Shown piece by piece: positions 58,362 through 64,000 of a stretch of 64,000 nt of DNA. The notes beneath the pieces were generated by a model that ran no database searches, was not told the DNA's origin, and saw only the letters and a program-made list of their open reading frames with translations. The stretch comes from an archaeon. GTDB taxonomy: Archaea; Nanobdellota; Nanobdellia; Pacearchaeales; GW2011-AR1. Position numbers and translations under genes: made by a program. The first letter of the stretch is position 1. Every line of letters starts with the position of its first letter. The stretch covers positions 374-64,373 of the forward strand of contig JABHNB010000005.1 in NCBI GenBank assembly GCA_018694115.1. Direction: 5' to 3'.

Positions 58362-58852
58362 TTTTTTCTTCGTCTTTCTTTAGGCAGGAATCCATAAAGT
58401 ACTTTTCCTTCCCCATCTAATTTTCCAGTTCCAATTAAATCTTTTCCATCAGCAGATTGAACTGCTACAAATTTTCCCTCAACTCCCCCTGATTGTCCAG
58501 CGTCCAATTCGATATTCTTTCCTCTGAACCAAAGTTCTTCTTGTTCCTCACTCAATTTCAAAATATTCCCATCAATCTGATCTTTCCAAGTGTGTAGTCC
58601 ATCAACACTCAATCGAACTTCCCGAACCCCCGACCGATTAACCATATCTTTCCCAACATAAAGTCCGATCCCTTCAAACGGCAAGATCATCCATAACTCC
58701 ATTATCTCTTCCTTAGACAAATTCCCCGAATATGCCCGAATCCTTTCTCTTCCCGTTCGAATCAAAAGCTCAGGAATCTTTTTCATCCCCAAGTCTTCAA
58801 CTCCGGCTATGAATTTCTTCTTCTTTGTTTTGTCTAATATTGATATTTTCAT
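58358..58852 (-). CDS. NIP7/RsmF C-terminal-like PUA-type protein
   Basis: GLYVG...RLSVDG...WFRGKNI...GTGK...FLPKERR; same operon as the NOP2-family methylase. Confidence 0.7.
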   Translation of the reverse strand: MKISILDKTKKKKFIAGVEDLGMKKIPELLIRTGRERIRAYSGNLSKEEIMELWMILPFEGIGLYVGKDMVNRSGVREVRLSVDGLHTWKDQIDGNILKLSEEQEELWFRGKNIELDAGQSGGVEGKFVAVQSADGKDLIGTGKLDGEGKVLYGFLPKERRRKN

Positions 58853-59436
58853 TCTAGATGTTTAGTACAATTTAATAATTTCAAGTTCATTATCCTATCT
58901 CTCTCTTCAAAAATAGTGACCGAAGTATTCCCCAATTTTTTAATTTCGCTTAATTCTTCAGCCTTTTTGCAAAGCAAATTCCCAATTATAGCTTTCCCAA
59001 TTCCATTATGCCCTACCAAAAGAATATTTTCTTCAAATCTTTTCATAGTTTCCTTGATCAATGATCCCGCCCTAGAAAAAAAGCTTTTGTTATCCTCGGC
59101 ATTTCCCCCAGAGATATGGTCTGCAATCGACTCAGTCTTTTGGATTCCAAATTCTTCTTTAGTTTTTCCCTGAAATTCTCCCAAAAATCTTTCTCTCAAT
59201 CTTTTATCTAAAATAAAATCGATATCTTGATGGAACTTCGCAACAATTCTAGCGGTATCTAATGCCCGAGCCAAATCACTAGAAATTATCAGATCAATCC
59301 TTTTTCTCTTTAGCCTCTCAGCCAGTTTTTCGGCTTGCCCCCTCCCCAGTTCAGAAAGCGTCCCTGGAAGATGACCCTGGATTATACCTCGCCTATTTTC
59401 TTCAGTCTCGCCATGTCTAGTAATTATCAATTTCAT
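58849..59436 (-). CDS. Histidine phosphatase (phosphoglycerate mutase family)
   Basis: RHGET, SSDLARA, LRER, LVGH. Confidence 0.9.
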   Translation of the reverse strand: MKLIITRHGETEENRRGIIQGHLPGTLSELGRGQAEKLAERLKRKRIDLIISSDLARALDTARIVAKFHQDIDFILDKRLRERFLGEFQGKTKEEFGIQKTESIADHISGGNAEDNKSFFSRAGSLIKETMKRFEENILLVGHNGIGKAIIGNLLCKKAEELSEIKKLGNTSVTIFEERDRIMNLKLLNCTKHLE

Positions 59437-60440
59437 ATCTCGCACCCCTTATTACTTTTCTTTACAATCTTCGCAACAAAAAACCCATCAGTATCATTAT
59501 CTTGGGGATATAATCTCAAACACTTCTCAACACCCTTATCCAACGACTTACCTTCCCACTCACAAACACCACATCTAAACTTCAAGGGTAGTTTAATCTG
59601 TTCAACCTCAACATCAAAATTCTTAATCAAATGATCCACAATCATTTCATCCTCTTCTGGAGCCAGAGTACATGTAGAATAAATCATCTCGCCACCAATC
59701 CTAAGCAATTTAATTGCAGACTCAGCCAATTTTCTCTGAGTCCTAGCAATCTTCTTGATCATATGGGGATTCCACATCAAGAAGGTCTTTGGACTTTTTC
59801 TCAAAGTTCCCTCGCCAGAACACGGTGCATCAACAAGAATTTTATCAAATCGGACTTTTGACTTTTTCAGCATCCGCTCACAAAATGCAACACCTTCCTT
59901 CCTAGTCACAATTGTATTCATTACTCCGCATCTCTCTAAATTAGAATTGAGGATCCCAATTCGCCCAAGATTAACTTCATTAGCGATAATTGTCCCTTGA
60001 TTTTCCATCATAGCTGCAGCCTGAGTAGTTTTACTTCCGGGTGAAGCACATAAATCTAAAATAATCTCTCCTGCTTTAGGACCTAATGCCAACATGGGAA
60101 GCATAGAACTTATTTCCTGAACATAAAATTGTCCCATTAAATGTTCCCTAGAATTTCCAAGCTCTCCTGGTTTCAATCCCGGCCCAACAACCATAACTTC
60201 AGGAAATTCTTCAAACGGTTGTTTAATCTTCCAGCCCTTTTCTTCAAGCCTTTCTTTCAATTCATCCGGAGAAATCTTAAGCGTGTTACATCTAATAGAG
60301 TTAGGTGTGGGCGTATATGATATTTCAAAGAACTCTTTAGCCTCTTCCTTTCCAAGTAAGGCTTCCATTCTCTCAACAAAACCTTCCTTTGGGGGAAATT
60401 TCTCTTTCAAATACTCTGGATATGATTTCTTCTTGTCCAT
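59433..60440 (-). CDS. RsmB/NOP2 family RNA m5C methyltransferase
   Basis: DLCASPGSKT, DAPCSGEG, YSTCT, DGFF. Confidence 0.94.
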   Translation of the reverse strand: MDKKKSYPEYLKEKFPPKEGFVERMEALLGKEEAKEFFEISYTPTPNSIRCNTLKISPDELKERLEEKGWKIKQPFEEFPEVMVVGPGLKPGELGNSREHLMGQFYVQEISSMLPMLALGPKAGEIILDLCASPGSKTTQAAAMMENQGTIIANEVNLGRIGILNSNLERCGVMNTIVTRKEGVAFCERMLKKSKVRFDKILVDAPCSGEGTLRKSPKTFLMWNPHMIKKIARTQRKLAESAIKLLRIGGEMIYSTCTLAPEEDEMIVDHLIKNFDVEVEQIKLPLKFRCGVCEWEGKSLDKGVEKCLRLYPQDNDTDGFFVAKIVKKSNKGCEI

Positions 60441-60554
60441 AATACAACTACCAGAATTCCCTATAAAAACCTAATCATGCCTGAATAAATTAACAACTAC
60501 TCGTATAAAAAATGACAAAAGATATATATATAGTTCCTCCACATAATTATAATT

Positions 60555-60752
60555 ATGAACTTAGATATGGTGGATCCAACACTTCCAGTGCCTGACGATA
60601 TGCCTTATGGTATTTTTGCAATGCACAGTCGTACTTTAAGAACTCCCCTAACTAGGGAAGAATGCTTTGCACTTGCTAATGGCCCTATCGCGGCCCTTCA
60701 GCCAGCCCTTAAAAAAGATTTGGATGATTATCGTGCAACATTTCAAAAGTAA
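60555..60752 (+). CDS. small hypothetical protein
   Basis: 65-aa ATG ORF with TATA-like tract upstream. Confidence 0.5.
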   Translation: MNLDMVDPTLPVPDDMPYGIFAMHSRTLRTPLTREECFALANGPIAALQPALKKDLDDYRATFQK

Positions 60753-60817
60753 ATTCTGCTTCTCTAGAGAATCTCGGAACACAAATCCTTATTAATCTCG
60801 CAGTCTCAAAAGACACT

Positions 60818-61345
60818 ATGAATATAGAAACCGAAGTTCGTAGCTTTATTTCAAAAGAGAAATTTGACAAATTACTTGATTTCTTTAAGCAAAATGCTGA
60901 ATTAATAAAAGAAGATTCTCAAGAGACTTCCTATTTTGACTGTGATGAAGACTTAAGAATTCAAAAAAATGATTTTTTCGCAAAGATTTGGATGAAGAAA
61001 GGAAAACTCCATGATGATTCTAGAGAAGAGATTGAAATTAAGTTTGATAAAAGTGAATTCGAAAATTTAGAGAAATTATTTCTTGCCTTGAAGTATAATA
61101 CTGAGATAAAATGGTTCAGAAAAAGATCTCAATTTAAATGGGACGATATAACTGTTTGCCTAGACTATACAAAAGGATATGGCCATATCATAGAACTTGA
61201 GAAAATGTGCACTGAAGAAACAAAAGAAAGAGAGTTTGAAATACTTAAACAAAAACTCCAGTCTTTGGGCGTAAACATATCTTCAAAAGAAGAATTTAAT
61301 CAAAAGTTCCAATATTACAAGGAGAATTGGAGATCTCTAATCTAA
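60818..61345 (+). CDS. CYTH domain protein
   Basis: IETEVR, DLRI, REEIE, RKR, VCLD, IIELEK. Confidence 0.85.
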   Translation: MNIETEVRSFISKEKFDKLLDFFKQNAELIKEDSQETSYFDCDEDLRIQKNDFFAKIWMKKGKLHDDSREEIEIKFDKSEFENLEKLFLALKYNTEIKWFRKRSQFKWDDITVCLDYTKGYGHIIELEKMCTEETKEREFEILKQKLQSLGVNISSKEEFNQKFQYYKENWRSLI

Positions 61346-61360
61346 GAGAACCATATTAAT

Positions 61361-61741
61361 TTATTTTTTATCCCAATCAAAAACTAGCTCATCATCCCAA
61401 TAATGGAAATGGCACCGATCATATAAACATCTACTAGCAAAGAAACCTCCATCGGCTTCCTTATCATAAACTGTCGTTAGACTATTCCATCTTTCCTTAC
61501 TTAAAAAAACATAAATCCCCAAACTTTCCCTAAAATTAACCTCATCGGGATAACATTGCATATGAAATCCAGATTCTTCGAATGTGCCACTCTCTACTCC
61601 ATCACGGACATATAAAAAAACTCTAGGGTGATTAGCTTCATCAACCTCACATTCAAGAAGATCTTTTCCTTCGCCAATCTTCACCTTATCTTCCTCTCCC
61701 AAACATACGCTCAAACCGGTTGCACCAAAATAGGCTCTCAT
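61361..61741 (-). CDS. hypothetical protein
   Basis: ATG at 61741 (MRAYFG). Confidence 0.6.
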   Translation of the reverse strand: MRAYFGATGLSVCLGEEDKVKIGEGKDLLECEVDEANHPRVFLYVRDGVESGTFEESGFHMQCYPDEVNFRESLGIYVFLSKERWNSLTTVYDKEADGGFFASRCLYDRCHFHYWDDELVFDWDKK

Positions 61742-61778
61742 AAATATTAAAAGAAGTACAGGTTTATTAATTAAATCC

Positions 61779-62024
61779 TTACAGTTCCATACGTCCGCTT
61801 GAGTCGCAAGGCGTACCACTAATCAGATTATAAAGCAAGATTCCAACTCCTGCAGCTAATGCCGGACCAGAATAAATACTTTCACTAAATTCTCCCATGC
61901 TTGGTAGTGCTAATGATTCTGCAACTGTCATTCCCCTATTGATTACATCACCAGCCACACAAGTTCCTAAGATTGCAAGTCCCGGAATTCCTCCAGCCAA
62001 TATGTTTTTCAGTATTGTTCCCAT
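61779..62024 (-). CDS. small two-helix membrane protein
   Basis: Two Gly/Ala-rich hydrophobic segments. Confidence 0.55.
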   Translation of the reverse strand: MGTILKNILAGGIPGLAILGTCVAGDVINRGMTVAESLALPSMGEFSESIYSGPALAAGVGILLYNLISGTPCDSSGRMEL

Positions 62025-62044
62025 ACTAAACATTAGTAGAATTA

Positions 62045-63034
62045 CTATTTAAACCTTTCTATCTGTAACCACTTGAAAGTAACTAATCTATAAACCAGAA
62101 AGCATCCACAAAGAACTGCAATGGCCAACGGAATCAAATTAATCGACTGCTGCGAGACAAACTCTCCGACAACATTTCCCGTAATTGTTCTAGACGAAAT
62201 CAAAAAGAATGCCAGAAGGCTCACCACAAAGCCCGCAATAACCTTTCCCTCCAGACTATCACCTTCCTTCCCATATCTCTTATTTTTCCTAAAAAACCGA
62301 TTTCTCGCTTCCTTATCTGATAATGAGTAGAACTCTTTCAAATCTCCCACCTTCTCCAAATCTGTCTCAGAAGCAAAATGATATGGTCTCACATGAAGAA
62401 GGCTCTTAACATGTTCTCCAAAGCCCCTTTTTTCAGCCTCCTTTCCAATCTTCTGCATTTTCGTTTCATCTCCTTCCTCCTCTGCCTCACGATACTGTTT
62501 CTTTAACCCGGGGAAATCTTTCTCTCTCTTTGTATCAAGCAACTCCTTTCTAATTTCAGGATATGTATTAAATTCATAAGTTGATTCAAAAGACCTCTCT
62601 CCCTCTGGAAAGTAGTCTCCCTTTTGGGATTCATTACTCGCTTTGTATAAAAATTTACTTCCTAGAAATCCAAAAAATTCATCGCTATGGGCCTCACCTT
62701 CACTAAATTCCTGTCCCACCCGGCCCTTAAGATTCGCCCTTACATAATGGCCTAACTCTTCCCCAAGTGTATCCCCCATATGAAATGCAAACTCTTCATC
62801 CCCCACCAAAATAACATTGTTTACTTGATCATACTCCGCACGCTCACCAGAAACAAATTCCAATTTTGGAAAGTCTTTCTTGGATATCCCAAATTCTTTT
62901 GAAAAATAGTCTACTGCAGAACCATAAAACTTCCCAACTCTCTTTTCCTCACCTTCTATATCCCTTAATTGAGCATATTTTCTTTTCATATTTTCATAAT
63001 GGGATCCATGTTTAAAAGAATATCTTAATTCCAC
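62045..63034 (-). CDS. hypothetical protein with zincin-like EELGH motif and C-terminal TM hairpin
   Basis: AEYD...VILV...GEELGHYVR...DEFFG; TM-ITGNVV-TM; true start may be ATG 62989. Confidence 0.65.
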   Translation of the reverse strand: MELRYSFKHGSHYENMKRKYAQLRDIEGEEKRVGKFYGSAVDYFSKEFGISKKDFPKLEFVSGERAEYDQVNNVILVGDEEFAFHMGDTLGEELGHYVRANLKGRVGQEFSEGEAHSDEFFGFLGSKFLYKASNESQKGDYFPEGERSFESTYEFNTYPEIRKELLDTKREKDFPGLKKQYREAEEEGDETKMQKIGKEAEKRGFGEHVKSLLHVRPYHFASETDLEKVGDLKEFYSLSDKEARNRFFRKNKRYGKEGDSLEGKVIAGFVVSLLAFFLISSRTITGNVVGEFVSQQSINLIPLAIAVLCGCFLVYRLVTFKWLQIERFK

Positions 63035-63660
63035 TATTCATTAACTTCGGGCAGACTTCCAGCCATAGAAATAATATAAGACTTATTCTCGGCATCATGA
63101 ACTGGGGGCCACTGCCATTTCAATTCAATTCCAACTTCATGCATTAAGCCAGTAAGATTAATTCCCCGCGCTTCAGGGCATCGATCAACAGTCAAATTCA
63201 GATGTTGCTCAAGAAAACGTTCTATCTCTTCTCGATGTTCCTTTCTTGCAGTTGGCTGCCATCGCCGAGGATTATACCACTCTCTTGCAGAAGTCCACGG
63301 CCCAACATTTGGCTTGGAAAAGTACTCTTCAGGCCATTCTGGATGTAACTCTCGCATTCTCGCCTCCACTTCATTCACAAATTCAGTCGTTCTTCTGGGA
63401 TGGTCTGGATAAGTCATCATCCCCCAATCGGGATGGGTCGCCCGCATCCTCTCTGCAAATTCACCAACCGGAAATTCAGTAAAAATAATGTACATATCTT
63501 TGTCAAAATCAAAATAATCAGAAATCAATTCTTGGGGCGGACATCCATCCTTTTTCCCACAATTCGGACATCCTCGCGGATGACCATAATATGGCGTTCC
63601 ACATAATTCCCTTATAGCATCATCATACGGGATAATCGATGAATCAATCTTCATTATCAT
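63034..63660 (-). CDS. DUF2284-like metal-binding protein
   Basis: LC...GCPNCGKKDGCPP...CPEARGINL. Confidence 0.7.
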   Translation of the reverse strand: MIMKIDSSIIPYDDAIRELCGTPYYGHPRGCPNCGKKDGCPPQELISDYFDFDKDMYIIFTEFPVGEFAERMRATHPDWGMMTYPDHPRRTTEFVNEVEARMRELHPEWPEEYFSKPNVGPWTSAREWYNPRRWQPTARKEHREEIERFLEQHLNLTVDRCPEARGINLTGLMHEVGIELKWQWPPVHDAENKSYIISMAGSLPEVNE

Positions 63661-63747
63661 GGTCTGAAAATCCCAGACAAATATTATAAATTTAACTGTG
63701 ATAGAATAGTACATAACAATTATATAATCCCATTTCCCCGTATTTTC

Positions 63748-64000
63748 ATGAGGTACGATAAACTAGTGCGGGATAGAATCCCCAAAATCATCCGAGATAG
63801 TGGGGGAATCCCCATAACCCATAGTGCTTCGAGGGAAGAGTATGGGACAAGACTAAAGGCCAAGCTCCAGGAAGAAGTCGATGAATATCTTAAGGAACCA
63901 AGCGGAGAAGAACTTGCAGATATCATGGAGGTAGTCTTTGCATTGGGGGAATTACAAAGCCTAGGCCGGTATGATCTCGAAAAAATACGGAGAGAAAAGG
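63748..64000 (+). CDS. MazG-like NTP pyrophosphohydrolase (partial, runs off the window)
   Basis: Manual translation MRYDKLVRDRIPKII...KLQEEVDEYL...EELADIMEV. Confidence 0.85.
   Translation, partial: MRYDKLVRDRIPKIIRDSGGIPITHSASREEYGTRLKAKLQEEVDEYLKEPSGEELADIMEVVFALGELQSLGRYDLEKIRREK

Noticed and set aside
61779..62024. Gly-rich peptide as bacteriocin/RiPP precursor
   Set aside because: No adjacent maturase or peptidase-transporter; it reads as a two-TM membrane protein
63720..63926. Minus-strand 68-aa ORF from the track
   Set aside because: Shadow of the plus-strand MazG-like gene starting at 63748

Overview
AT-rich, gene-dense archaeal chromosome segment. The gene set (RadB, TopA, MCM, RPA, TBP, TFS, aRF1, Cbf5, L15e/L31e/L39e/S19e, Cdc48, Sec61-beta, NAC), tiny intergenic spaces, near-leaderless TATA promoters and scarce biosynthetic genes point to a DPANN archaeon, probably Pacearchaeota/Woesearchaeota-like (inference). 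Two tRNAs are present (Ile-GAT, Lys-CTT). I saw no rRNA, CRISPR array, transposase or integrase. Three nucleotide-centred accessory modules sit among the housekeeping genes. (1) 6.5-10.7 kb: a divergent regulator plus a coupled operon of P-loop kinase, CYTH, unknown protein and two paralogous radical SAM enzymes. (2) 19.3-20.7 kb: an NDT-like N-glycosidase next to a viperin-like radical SAM. (3) 40.5-44.0 kb: a PnuC-NadR-ADP-ribosylglycohydrolase-SLOG-NDT operon preceded by two NrtR-like GT-N7-AC boxes. Other oddities are an unannotated 59-aa Arg-rich ORF after L15e, a 36-bp att-like duplication of the tRNA-Lys 3' end, a 68-bp perfect repeat inside cdc48, and a chorismate mutase between the two parts of a split MetRS. 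All family calls come from motif recognition by eye, not database searches.
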